Below, piece by piece: positions 9,601-23,347 of a DNA stretch of 64,000 nucleotides; within the stretch, counting starts at the first letter, position 1; every line of letters begins with the position of its first letter. The stretch is taken from contig OZ296649.1 in the NCBI GenBank assembly GCA_965655095.1, positions 35,464,001 through 35,528,000 of the forward strand, in the 5' to 3' direction. The notes under the pieces were generated by a model. The model ran no database searches. It had not been told where the DNA came from and saw only the letters and a program-made list of their open reading frames with translations. Made by a program: the position numbers and the translations under genes. This DNA is from Haplodiscus bocki. Its lineage: Eukaryota.

Positions 9601-11619
9601 AACAGCATCACCAAAAAAATTATCGCCAAGGCAAAAACCGCACATTTTCTCAGAAAAATCGATCACCAAAATTATGAATTAAAAGTTCTGGAACTTCAGT
9701 CCAAAGTTTTTCTAGATATGTCTCTCATAAATCGTTATTATGAACACAGATATAAAGCTGCGCTTCACATAAACTTGCGACAAGGTGAGAAACGGCATGG
9801 ACTGATCAAAAGAACTTCGTCATATCAAATTCAGCGATAAAAGTACAAAACAGAGCATATCGACTACTCTGCACATTCCACTAAGTGTGGGTTTCTGAAT
9901 CAGCAATGGATAGCCGCAACACAACCGTTAGTGTTCGAGAAAAACAACTTTGAAGACGTAAGTCGCTGAAAGCTTGATACTGCTATTCTCCACACTGCGA
10001 AGTTTCGAATGAGCACTAGATGGCCTCAACTGAAACGGTAGTCTCTGAGAAAAACAACTTTGACGGAGTCGCATAAAATTCTTCGAACGCCAAGATACAA
10101 GTCAAGAATTTTTGCAAAACAGAAAAAAAAACGGAACGACCCTGGTCAATTACTCCATTTTCGGCCTCATTTGCTGAAAAAGCCACGGTTTTAGACGGAA
10201 AACACGACAGAGGAACCAATCTCAAAGGGAAAACGAGACGACATAAAGAACTTTTGAACAAAAAGCGAGACAGCATGATCAAAATATCAAAACATATCAG
10301 AATCTCAGAAAAGCGAGCTTTGAACGAAGAATAAAGTAAAAAAACAGTCTTGTTTCGCAAGTGTAATATGGAGGCGAACCAGAGCTCAACTAAGCTCGCA
10401 AAATATTCAAACTCGGTAAAAAATTAAAAAATTGCCATATTGCTTATAATTCAATTGTGGAAATTTTACCAGAGACTGCGAAGTTGTCTTCAACTGGAGA
10501 ACGAAATTAAACTTACATGAAAAAAGCACATTTTTTTACATATGAGGTCAGTTCAATCAAAAACCATACTAAAATAAGCACTCTAGGGTGTAAGGAGGCT
10601 CTCTTGGCTCCAAGATAAGATAAATTAACAGTAGTAAGGCTTGAACAACATGTAGCAGTAGCACTCGCCTTTGAATCCTATCTGATGCATTTGTAGCCAA
10701 GAGGCTAATTTAGGGAGGAAAAAAAACACAAACAGTATAGAAAATCGAGCACTTTCGCAGTTTCAGGCTGACTCTGGAGTGCAAAGGGTACCATTTTGCA
10801 AACATGGCAAAATCAGAGAAACAAATCACTAGAAGTCAACACTTCATTTAAAATATTTGTATTTGTAGTGACTGAGGAAAATAAGGGAAATTATGCAAAA
10901 ACCGTTAAGTTAGCTAATTTTACGCTACAGAAAGCACTAAAAGGACCCTTTTCTAAAAATATGCTAGCTACCTGAAGCATATTGAAAGACATGTCACCTA
11001 TCAGTGGATTGCAAGGCACTTGCCGCCGAAAAGCAGAATTAGAAAGCAAACGAGCAAAAGTTCAGCCGGGCCGAAAATTTAGATGGTTTTTGCTATGAAA
11101 CCACCGAAAAACTTCAAAGAAAAACGTTGATACTTTTTCTTGTATTAACCGCTATTTGTACATGTTCCTTACTAGTTTAGCCTTGTCGCCAATTGGTTGA
11201 TTATTTTTCTTTCAGAAAACGTGATGTTAGCTATTGCGGACTACTAACGTCAAAAAGTTCAATAAAAAACCCGAGAAAAGTCCAAAAGATCAACCGCCTC
11301 CAAATACAATTATGTTTTCTGTATCCACTTTAAAACACTAAAAACAGCTCTTTTTGACAAACCCTTCCAAAAAAATCTGCAAACGGAACGTTGTTACTCA
11401 TTTAAGCTTCATGCGTAAATGGAAAGGTTACTCGTCAGCCAAAATAGCGAGAATTGCAAAAAATTGCAAAAACGATCTATTTTGTACAATAAATTTACGA
11501 AATTTTTTCAGTAGAACATTTTTCGTTGGTATTTACTCAGTCAACTTCTGCCCAAAAAATGTGATGTGCTGAAGAACATACCGAAAAATGTGGTAAAAAC
11601 AGCACAAATTTATTCTTAA

Positions 11620-12005
11620 AGGTCGAAAAATCAGCTCGATTCCGACAAGGATGAATCTTAAATTTTTCGTAACAATTTGAAGTCTCGGCGAAAATAGTAA
11701 TTTAATTCGGCTTTCGATGCGGAAAAAAGGTGAGAAAAAATTTCTTGAAGCAGAAAATAGGTCCCTTCCAACTGTTAAAACGGGACAAAAAAGTTTTAAA
11801 ATTAAGAAAAAGGGAAAAGCAAGAGCGAAAAAACTATGTCTAGACGGGATTCGAACTGGACGGTCGGAGAGACCAAGCGTACAAAGCTGTCATCATTAAC
11901 CACAACGCCAAATGCTATTTGATTTTCCGTAGATTCATCCTACGATTATCTTGTGAGAGTTGCGAACGATAGGACAAAACTCGGGTCGACCGCAATAAGC
12001 TGGCG
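11620..12005 (-). repeat. Dispersed repeat carrying a tRNA-like Pol III cassette (SINE-like), copy 1
   Basis: Minus strand: A box TGGCGTTGTGG (11910-11900), B box GTTCGAATCC (11856-11847), T6 run (11833-11828); flanks homologous to 20500-20893. Confidence 0.6.
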
Positions 12006-13990
12006 TTTTGTCAACTTCAGAGGCGAGGCAGAGCTTCCCAACACTCGCGAGACGAAACCAAAATCCAGCAGACATTCAGCAAACACTATGGAAACAATGG
12101 GCCCACAAAAACTAAAGCTTGCAAATTTTTGACATTCGATTTGATATACATTCGAAAGATGATAGAAAATACTCATTAGAACTTTGAAATTTCGACTGAT
12201 TCGGGAGTAATGACCAACATCTGGTGATCTGATATGGAACACGATTTTGACGAGTCCACACATGACAAAAAATTGGACGACAGACTCGATTGAAAGCTTC
12301 GATTATTTTAGTACCAGTTAAGATTCTTGCTTTAAACAATGAGATAGTAAAAATTTGATGTCGAGATTTTTGAGAGACAAAACCAGAAAGTATCGAGATT
12401 ATTTCCGTGTAATTGTAGCTTTTATGTGGTTCAGTTGCTACCGAACTAGAGGAAAAGCGTTGCTAGCAAGCGAGCACGCTAGCAAAAACCATACTCCGTC
12501 GAACATAAGCCGCGGAATATAACGTTAAAATTTTGCTTCAATTGCATCTGATGCATGGGATGCAGCTTGTACACGGGGCGGGGCGGTTCCTAGGTTTGAA
12601 TATTGGCTCATTTCTATTGAGATTCCAAGTTTGGATGAAAGCTCTGTATGAGAGTGAATTGCAGGATGCCATTGGATTTTTTTGGATTATGAATGGTATC
12701 AAGAATTGCCGATTGATTTACTCCATGTTATAACTGGCCGTAGCTGATTCCGCGTGCGATAGAATAATACGAAGACTATTCAAAAACTTGGAAGTTTTAG
12801 TGCGCCTTGTTATTTAGCGCAGTGAAGGAAAAATTTGGATAGTAATGCGGCTTAAAGTCGAGGGCGGATTATTACACGCTGAGCCATGTGAACAAAAATT
12901 TGCAACAGAGCAAGAGCGAGTGAATAATTTTTTTCTGAATAAACTCATCAGAAAACGCGAGTTTCAAACGAACAGAAAAAAGTGAGAATTGTCCGGTCGA
13001 CCGTAAAACACTTCGCTTCGCTTCGCTTACCAGAATTATGTAACACAAAACCTTTGGTTTGTAGTTATTTTATCATTTTCACTCCATTGCTGGCCATTTA
13101 GGAGCAACCCTATGATGTGGGGTGGTTCTTATGAACTTGCTCCCGGAAGATGTTTTCATCGTTCGAACTATGGCTAGGAACAAATTGAGACAAACATTCG
13201 ATTGACACTAAACAGGTTTGGGAGAAATTCAACATGAAATTTCCGATCAAATGTGCTTCGTCGCAAACGTCGGAATTTTTGTAAAACTTGCTCCAAGACT
13301 TGAAATTCTCAGTACCAACGAATTGCAACCTTTCACAAACAATGAGCAATAATACGGCCAAAGACATGTTTCGAGACGTCTACGAGAGAAGCTAATGGTA
13401 TGTATTTGAAAGATCAAAGCATTAGGCAACAGTTAAGCGATCAGTATCTGAAATGCTGCACATAGCCTTAAAAGCAAGTAACGTGACGTCAGCGTCCTAT
13501 CAATTAATCACTGTTGACTCAGCAAACATAACATCAAGATTGTCTTGTATTTCCAAATGAAATCTTCGACATGTCATGATAAAACTGGAGGAGTCAAATC
13601 GAAGATCCAATGGCTCATTTCCGTCGTCACCAAAATCTGGAACCTAATCTAGACTTCCAAATAAACACAAAGGCGAAGCTGTGCTTCGCAAAACTTGCGC
13701 CAAAGAAATGCTAGTGAACAAATCGAACAAGTGTGACTGAATTTTGACGAGGCCATGGTACTGCAAAAACTACTGACTAAACACTTAAGCAGAAAAATAA
13801 TTAACACAGTCAACTCTTATAAACTTTCATACAAGTGTAACAAGTACGAGCGGCTTTAAAATAAGAGCGCACGATGCAAAATAGCCCACGTGAACCACGG
13901 GAGAGTCAAAGTTTTGCAAGAAAGCGAGAGCGCGTGAACAAAATCTAGGAATATTAGAAAGAACAGATGAGAGTTATGAACGGATCTGAA

Positions 13991-14458
13991 ACAAGACGGC
14001 CCGCTACCACCAGCATATTTTCCGCTTTCCCATTTTGGTAAAGAGGTCTTTTTAAAAGATGAAAGCGTTTTTTCTTTCAAAATACTGTTTTTCCATCATA
14101 TTTTCTAAATTTTCCAACTTCATACTTCATTTATTTCTAGCAAAAGCCTCACAATTAAGATGACGACATTTTTTTGAGAAATAATACCATTTGGTACGCA
14201 TTCTACATTTGCCACATTTAGCGATTTTGAAAAAGAAAAGTTTTTTCTTCGATAAAACCTATCTATTTTTTCAAAAATAAACCAAATTTCGTTCATTTTG
14301 AGAAATATGCATTTTACGGCAAATGTGCTACAATTTGGTGAAAAAAATTCACGTTCAGAAACGGGAACGAACATCGTTTAATGTGAATGCAATTCGCACA
14401 CATCGGGTAAAAAAAACGTTCCATTTGAGAGGAAAATTTTCCTTCTTTATCTTAATAA
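13991..14458 (-). mobile_element. Non-autonomous Helitron-like repeat, copy 2
   Basis: Reverse complement of the same family; acaagacggcccgctaccaccagcat at the left end. Confidence 0.6.
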
Positions 14459-14989
14459 ACGAAAAAAAAACGAAGCACCGAAAGCCTGTGATATAACACT
14501 TGCTTGCGCAACTGTATTGATTGGTTTAAAATATCGAATATCCTTTTGTGGCTTGGGTGGTGATTGTTCGCGAAGTCACTATGCAACTGAAGTAAAGCAT
14601 CAATCGTTACTAACGGTAAGTATCCCGAATGAAGAGATGACAGTTCGGTATCACTGCACCCCACATTTGATTAACTCCATTTTATTAAAAAGCGTCAACG
14701 TTGTCTAGCTGATAAACGCATCTTGGTCTAATTATCGATAACTACCAAGTAAATTACCAATAATGATACTGATCAAATACCACGGAAACAACCATACAAC
14801 TACACAAAGCACCGATCTTCAACTTTTCTCGACAAAAAACCTGAATATTTTAAACCGGGTAGGACCAAAATTTATCATAATCTATTTGGCAATTCATGGT
14901 GTTCTCTTTTACACATTAATTTTGGTTCTCTTTCCTAAGACCCCCGATGCACGGAAAATACTTTCCAAATTTACGAAACAGAAGGCTTT

Positions 14990-15550
14990 GCATGGAAGGT
15001 ATGAAACGGGACATCCCGGCCTCTTTACAGGCTCCCCATATTCCGGCTTATTGAAAGACCACTGAGGGCCTCAGTCCAACAACTACTCATCGAAGAATAA
15101 CTTTGAGGAAAAAAATTCGAAAATCAAACAAAAAATAATGTTAAACTGGCGTGGAAGATATGAGTCGGGAAAACGCGGCTTCTTCACAGGTTTCCCATAC
15201 AGCAGGCTGTTGAATTATCTCTGGATTACCACAAAACAACCAGTAGTCTTTGAGAAAAACAACTTTCAAGAAAGACGCAACAACTATTCGAATTTCAAAC
15301 TAAAAGCCAAATTTAGCATAGAAGGTATAGAACGGCGCATCGTAGGTTTTCCACAGCTTTCAGGTAAGGCGGGCTTCCACGTGCCAACTATATGTCCGCA
15401 ATCCAAGCAGTAGTCTTTAAGGAATACAAATTTCAAGAAGGAAGCAAAATAAAAAAACCTTTCCGAAATTCAAACAACAAGTCAAGAAATTTCGCTTGAG
15501 GAGTATGAAATAGGACAAACCCATCTTCTATGTAGATTCTCAATATTTCT
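14990..15550 (+). repeat. Degenerate tandem array, ~165 bp period, ~4 units
   Basis: Recurring gaag(g/a)tatga..cggg...cttt.cagg.t.cccata at about 14991, 15150, 15317 and 15495, with gtagtcttt.ag.aa.acaa.tttcaagaa. Confidence 0.6.
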
Positions 15551-18500
15551 CGTTTTCGAATGAAAAGTTAAAATTTGAAATCAAAAGAAGATTTAGTGCC
15601 AGTAGCCATTGAGGAAAAAAACGGACAAGTAAAAAATCGTCAATTTCTCAAGCACAATTTAGCATGTTTCGAGACAAAATTGAAACATAACCTACCCGGT
15701 AACTTGTCGAAACTTCCCAGATGAATCATAACAGGACTGACGCAATCCTACCATAAGACCCTTAGACACTTTTAACGAGCGAAGTAAGTTAAAACATCAT
15801 ACTATAGGCGGCGCGACTTGAATTCGTCTTTGGTGTTTAGAGCCGGGTGTTTTCATTTTATATAGACAGCTTCAAGTTCCAGAAAAGTTTTGGTGTCAGA
15901 CACCGAGTCAAGAAATCGTGCGTCATCAGGGGACTAACTCATAGCACCCCCGAAAATGTTGATAAACTGGAGCGTTTTTCATCCCATGTTATTTGAGTAT
16001 TGTGGAAAGATTTCGTTTGGTAGTATCTACTTAAATTCTAGCACTCTTGGTTACTGTGCTTTTTAGCCATTCCATTTGTGAAGCTTTTTATGTGTTTTTA
16101 AACAACCGATGATGATCTAACGATCGAAAAGCTTCTTTAAAACACATTTTTATTATTTCAAAACAAAACATCATAGATTTCTCAAACCTGAAAACCATAA
16201 ACTGGTGATAAATGTTAAGAGCAAACCATTGCCGTCGCTCACCAGAAGCTCCAGGCAGCCTGTGGTTGAATCAAAAGTAGATGGAACCAATCTCACCAGA
16301 AGTTATTAAGAAAAACAATTTCAATGAACTACGCAAGAAAAGACATCGGTGATCTTTCAGCTACTCCTCCGAAGTTTTCTGCCAATCTGAAGTGTATAGA
16401 GCTAACGGAAAGTTGAAAATCACCCCAAGCAGCGCAAGTTTGGCGAACTTCGATCAATTTTCTTCAACAAAAGCGCGTGTGAAAAAAACGCAGAAAAATT
16501 CTTTTCAGTTTCAATTCAGATAAAAAATTGAAAAGAGAATTTTTATTGCAAAAAGCATAACGATAACTGATGAGCGATTAAAAATGAGGTTTCCATCGTC
16601 GCAAGCTGATTCAATTTAATTTCAACATTTTTTAAAAGCATTTCGATTTTCGGTATTCTCAGTCTGCGCCTGGGCCCACGGCTGAACATTTACTTCGGTA
16701 ATCGCTATCCATTCCAGTGGTCCCATGAGACGAGCGCGAATTCAGTCAAATATTTGTTTGTTGATTCATATTCATAAATGTTTAGATTCGGAATTCCCGG
16801 TCTCTCCAGAAAATATCGAGAGTAAACAGCCTAACAATTGATGGGACTTTGTACCAGACGAAAAACGAAAGTTTACCGTAGCACTAGCTTCGCTGAATTC
16901 GCAGGTCTGAACAGAGGCGAATTAGAGCTTTGCATCGCAAGCAACCAAAAAAGCATCCAATTATTTGTTAAATTGGAACAAAGTTACAGCAGATGACACA
17001 AAAGCCAAAAACATTGTCGACACCCTTTCGGAAAACGGGAAAATGACGGAGAAAGAGAAAACATAGACGCGAATATTATTAGTGTTACGCTCACCGCAAG
17101 AGCTTCACTCAAAAGCACGAAAATCGAGCGCTTACTTCTATTTCGAAACCTCGGTATCTGAAGAGTTTGATATCAATCCGAAAACTTTGTTTCCACAGTA
17201 CCTTCGAAATACCATTAGTTTCACGTTTTTCTTTTCGAAAAAAGTAATGAAAATATTTTTCACACCAACCAGAAATAGCATGTATTACACTAAAGTCTGT
17301 CTGTTGACTTAAGAAGACATTGGTCATTTTGAGATTTATATTCCAGGATATAGCACCAGTGCTTCAGAAAAAAGCCTGAAAGACCGAGTTTTGAGTTAAG
17401 TTTCTTAAAACCTATGGAAAAAAATTCTGACAGCACAGAAAAACAATATTGGATACATTCCAAGCCCTTGTTTATGCTTTTACAAAGTTGGAGCAGTTTT
17501 GAGCCTCAGTTGCAAATTAGAGAGAATTGCAAAAAAATCCTAGAAATATCAAAAAAACCCTGGACTTCCGAAATTTTAACGAAAACCCTATCCAGGAATT
17601 TCGCGCTCGAACGAAAAAAAAAATAGATGATGGAGTTCCCTGTGCGAATTTTATTTGACTCGGAGGACTACACACAAAAAACAAACGTTATAATTTGACA
17701 AATGAAGATGAAGTATCCAGAAGTTTGGCTTTCAGATTTCCTCGGAAAAAAACAATCCAAAAGTGTCGGACGGCAACTAAAATTGAATAGAGTCTTGCAG
17801 TAACATATCTGCAAGAATTGAAAAAAGCCATCATTGGGTAGAGATTTTAGGCTTTGAATCAGTTTTAAACAGAAAAATTTAGGAGCATTCTGGGCCAAAA
17901 ACGACCGAAGACTTCGATTTCTGAAATCTGGATTTGTCATTTTTTGGAAGTTTACAAGGTCAAGTGAAAAAATCTCAGGAAAAAGTGGGCAAAAAATTCT
18001 GACAGCAGAAACGAGAGAAAAAAGGGACATGCTATGAATTATTGCAAGTTGTCTACGGTCAGAGAAAAAAAGGCGAACCGTAATAAGCCTGCGCTGTTAG
18101 CTTAATTAAAAATGAAATTGCACCTGCTCTGGAATCAAGTTTGTGGAAATTTTGGCTTTTGATTCAGCTCTCGATTGACTCGGTCACACGCTTAGTCTCA
18201 GAAAAAAACGATGAATGTTAAAATAACGTGTTATCCCCACATTTTCAAACAACTTTCCCGGGAAACGGAACACAGAAAATATTTTCCACTAGCTTATTTG
18301 CTAGTTAGCCTGCGATTACACAACAGGTAAACAAATCGAACTGTAATAAAATCCACTCCTGGCTACTATAGCTTCACAGCTACCAAAGAAACGCCAAAAT
18401 CCATTTGACTAAATCGCTTCTGTAAGTGCTCAAGTTCTGCAAATACGAGCCTGGAGGGCTCAGATCTCGAAGCACGTGAATCAAAAGCCAAATTTGGGTA

Positions 18501-20499
18501 ACAAAAACACGAGACCAAAACTGTCGCTTTCGTGGGAAAAGTGGTACTATTTTGAATATTTTACATTTTGCTGCCAATTAAGCTAGATGCGTAGGCAAGA
18601 AGGTGATGTAAAAAATAATAGAGCAAAAAAAATCGGAGAGATCGGAAAATAGGCAAATTTCGTTGTCTCAAAAACAAAAGTGTTCCTCATTACGGAAAGC
18701 TTGGTTTTTCATTAAAATCTACCGATTATAATCTTAACAATAGATTTTCAATGCCCTTGCAGCTGCCAAACTGATTTAGAGACAAGAGAGCTAAGAATCG
18801 GTGAAAGTCCTAGAAAACTAACATAGGACGAACAACAAAAAACTGCAACTCCTGGAAACATCGTGCAAGTAGCAAATTTCCACAATAAGAAAGCCATTTT
18901 GAAACTTTCAAGCAATTTGAGCTTTGGAAAATTTGAGAACGTTTTCGAACATACCACGTATTAAAATAGGCCGGATGCTTCCTTACAAAGTTGGTTTGGA
19001 AAACAAAAACTGAATATTTGGAAAAATTTTCCAAATTCTAAGTACTTCTAGTTAGCTTTAAACCACCCCAAACCTTCAATGTTGACTATTTTTGGAGGGT
19101 TGGGTATTTTTTTTCCAAATTTCTACGTATTGATTCTATGTCGGACTGGTAGTCGTGTGTAGACTGGTAGTCTCACATTTGTTAGAAGTCGGAAAACCGG
19201 AAAAAACGGCCAAAGTTCAAGTTCGGTTTAGCTCATTATAAAACATACAGTATATCACTTTTTAGGTGAACTTTCCAGCAAAACTCCCTAAAACTTAACA
19301 TTTTGTATTGCTTTTATGCTCGATGAATGGCTAACAAGATTTCCTGAGAGAAAAGAGGAAAAAGAAAAAGGATAAAAACACGGAAAAATTCCCTGAAGAA
19401 CATTGGAACTTTTTGTCATATTTAAGCATATCTGTGCTTTTAAATCTCAATAGTTTGGCCTAGCGGCCAAACGGTTAATCAGGAAAGCGAGAACGTAAAT
19501 ATTTTGAGGAAAACTAGACATAAGTTATGATGGGCTATCCTATAAGATCAAACGGCCATTTGAGCCAAAGCTGACCGAAAAACTGCAAAAGAACAACTGT
19601 CTTTGAATACATTCGTGCTTCCTATTGCATTAGTACGGAGACGCTGCTACAGGTTGGTATTGAAATCAACTGCGAAATTCTGGGTAAACCGTGAAACTAG
19701 TTAAATTTCGGCCGGCTTTAAAACGCTGAAAAAATCAATCTTCAACGAAACTTTCTGGTGCTTAGAAAACTTTTCAGAACTTGACAATTGGTATGGCTTT
19801 AAGCTGGATGAATGGCTGAAAAACGAAATCTCGAAAATTCACCAAAAAACATCTCCATGGAACAACCTTCAAGCCTCCTGCTGTCTTAAGCGTTATTTTT
19901 GCTGCTGTATCACAATGGTTTGGCATAGTATTCACATGGTTGACAAAGAAAGCAAAAAAGGGCGAACAATTCAGGGAAAACGCGATCAGCTAATCTTGCC
20001 TACTCTTTATCATCAAAACACCATTTGAAAACCCCGAGAAAATTCCAAAAGATGAATCATCTTTGACAATTATGCTTTCTGTTGTATGAGTAAGGACACG
20101 CTGCTTAGAGTTTATACTGAATACAAAATTGAAAAAATTCTGAGACACTCGAAAAACTAGCTAAAGTTCGGTGTACTTTAGCACACCAAAAAGACATTTT
20201 TCGACAAGCATTATCAAACTTTGGAACAATCCCTCACAACTCATCGTTTTGTACTGATTTGAACTGCATGCGCATTTTAAAAGATCAATGGTCAGCCAAA
20301 AAGCTAAATGTGCAAAAAAACATGCAAAACTATTTTCTAAACCAGAATCACGAGATTTTTCGTCTTTTCCACAAAAAAAAACACCTGAAATTCTCGAACA
20401 TCTTTCGTTGGCATCAGCTCTGACAATTGCCGCCTGAAAAGTTCAGGCGGGAGTAACAAAATGAAAAAAACAGGGCAAAAAGAGCCAAAAAAATTTAAA

Positions 20500-20893
20500 C
20501 GGTCGAAAAACTAGCTCGATTTCGAAAATGATACCAAACGTATTTTTTTTGTATCAATCTGAGATCTCGGCGAAAATAGCAAACCAACTCGGATTTAAAT
20601 GCGGAAAAAAGTTTCCAGCAAACTTTCTGAAACAAGAAAACAGGTCCCTTCCAATTGAGAAATAGGCTTCTTTCGACCGAAATAGATGCCAGATTAAGAA
20701 AAATGGAATTATCAAGAGCAAAAAAACTCGGTCAAGATGTGATTCGAGACCGGGCGGTCCTATCAACCAAGCGAGCATGACTTCGTTATTCACCACTAAC
20801 CCAATTGGTACCTGACTTGGACTAAAATCATTCCACTCTCTACTAGTTTTGAACAATACAAAAAAATGCGGGTCGACCGTAAATAAGCTGGCG
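20500..20893 (-). repeat. Dispersed repeat carrying a tRNA-like cassette, copy 2 (more decayed)
   Basis: Shared blocks ggtcgaaaaa..agctcgatt, tctcggcgaaaatag, aggtcccttccaa and gggtcgaccg.aataagctggcg. Confidence 0.6.
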
Positions 20894-23245
20894 GACTTAA
20901 ATACAATCACTGTGAAAACAATAATGCATATCGATCTAGCATAATTGCACATTTTGGTGCTTGATCAGTTTTTGAAAAAATGAGAAGGCAAGCTCCGACC
21001 TTTCTCCTCGATGTCTAATGCAGATATATATAGCTTTCGTTTGCGCGCTAAATGACAAATTGAATCGATAGTGACGGAGAAAAACAATTTTGCGTATCGA
21101 TTATAATCAACCACCATTGTCTTTATTGGTAATTTTGATCAATTTTTTTCCAAACGTGAACATGGAAGGTCCTAAACTGGTCCAAAACATCCTTTGCAGA
21201 CAGAAGTAGCTTTCGTTTAAGCTCTGAATAAGCAAATGTGGATAGGCAGCAAGTTTGAAATGAACAGTTTTGAACGTCGATCATAGTCAGCAATCACTAG
21301 ATTTTTCATAGCATTTATGGTGATTTTCTTCAAAGGTGAAAATGGAAAGCTCAATCTCTTCAAGCAGATTGTTTCTAAATATAACTGGCTTTAGATTGGG
21401 CGCTCAATAAACAAAATCGGATATGCATCCACTAAATTATTTTGAATTTAGTTGAAAGTCGACGCGCGGTGACATTAGCGGTTGTCGACAAAGAGTGAAT
21501 GTTAGCGGTTGGAAACTACCGCTCTCAAAGAGGTTGGGGAAAAAGAATCAAGAAAAAGTCTACTCCTTTGGAAGTAGCGTTGAATTTATATGAAACACTT
21601 CACAAAAATTCAAATAGTTCAAAAGTAGAGAAAAACTTGAAAACGGAACAATTCAAATGATATAGTGACAAAAAGTCAAAATTGATCGGCTTAACCATCT
21701 AGCAGTCGGAACAAGGGAAGCGATTTGCCCGCAGAACGTAGCTGAAAAACCATTGTGTACAGTTCAACACTAGTGAGGTGGATTTACATGAGACACACAA
21801 CTATAATTTCAGTCTTGAAATTCCAGAGAAACTCATCAGTTAAATGAACGAGGAAATCTTCTTTTCATGCACTGATAAGTGAGGTTGCCTAGATGAGGAA
21901 GGTCTTCTGCAAAACTAACTAACATTTCCTTCCTGTCTCTAAAAATTTCATAATTGTTCTCTCTCGGAGAACTAAAACACAGTTGCCCTCGAGCCCGAGC
22001 ATGCTCCGTCAATTTTTCAATACTTAAAAGGACTCCCATAGAGCAAAATTCTCCAACGTATTGTAATATTATAGAGGCAAAGCGTAACTTCGGACCATAT
22101 TCTGACTTGTCAGTTGAGATCATAGATCCTGAAAGAAATTTGAAATCGGGGTGATGCGTTAAGCAGACAAGAAAAGAATACTCAACTGTTCAAGTATTGC
22201 AATCAATCGAACTTGAAGTAAATTCCGAACAATTTGGGAGACAATCAAGTTATAGTACTCAGTCATTTTCTTTCATTTTCCGACTCAATATCTCTATTGA
22301 TTAATATCTGCTCAGTTTTTGTCTGCTTGACGCACACTCTCCTTTGAAGCCATGGTTGGAGATGTGATTGACGCATTTAGAATTACTGCAACAGCTGTCA
22401 ATCCAAGCTTGTTCGGAAAAGTCGAAATCATGTTTCATACGTCGCCACATTGCAGTCCAATGTTTGGGATATTCACACAGTAAACAACGCAAAAATGAAC
22501 AATTACAGGCCCACATTGGCTCAAACTCAAAACATTCTTATGTGAAACATGACCTTTTACCAAGCTGTGGCTCATTTTTGAAAAAGTTTTGGACAAGATA
22601 AAAAAACGCAAAGTCATCAAGGATGCTAGGCACTAAGCGCTAATGATACAATTCTTCTGATTAATCGATTTTACAAAAATTGCAATCACGAAACGTTGCA
22701 CATTATTCAAATAGCCGAAAACTTCGCTTCCAATGGTCTACGGGTCAATTATTGCCGCTTTAAATAGTTTGCAATTTTCGACGCTTTGGGAGTCAACATT
22801 CAAAGACGCGATAAATGGTCACCATTCTGAAAAAAAATGGATAACAAGATGCGAATCAGTGAAAAATTTGAGAAGATTTGAATCTAAGCTCCTCCTAAAA
22901 CAGGAACTTGAAATCTAAGAGTAAACACTGACGATCACGCCTAGTCGGTCAAAAAGGAAGACGTTTGCGAAGAGAAAAAGTAAAATCTATAAGCATTAAG
23001 TTTCACTCAATTCCTAAAAAGCTTTCAGCGCGACTCAAATGTTATTTTACTTCATAATTGCTCATAATTAGGCTAAGACGCTTCTAACAGAACAAAGAGT
23101 TAGGCGCTGTTATTTTCTCTATTATGGTGCTAATAATACATGGGTTGAAATGAACGTGGACCGATTGCGCAATTTTTTGACAATAAGTTCCATTTTCATA
23201 AGATTCAAGGAACCCCGCGACAGCTTTGCATACTCATCAACTTAC

Positions 23246-23298
23246 CATACATCGATGTCCAAGTTTGATTTATAACATCCAAGCATACTGTCCCAGAG
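23246..23298 (-). CDS. UBE2H: UBE2H coding exon 5 (catalytic Cys)
   Basis: tttcag|C TCT GGG ACA GTA TGC...TAT G|gtaagt; SGTVCLDVINQTWTSMY. Confidence 0.95.
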
Positions 23299-23347
23299 CT
23301 GAAACAAAACGGTGTTGATATCGCCATGAGTATTCGTACCATTTTTC

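Noticed and set aside
11828-11915. Functional tRNA gene
   Set aside because: A and B boxes are present but I could not build a convincing cloverleaf or anticodon arm; it is part of a dispersed repeat.
13110-13367. VCDEAHLI resembling a DEAH helicase motif II
   Set aside because: No recognisable Walker A or other ordered helicase motifs; too degraded to support.
6627-23000. Numerous 60-130 aa ORFs in intron 5
   Set aside because: Lys/Phe-rich translations of AT-rich repeats with no domain signal; many use non-ATG starts.
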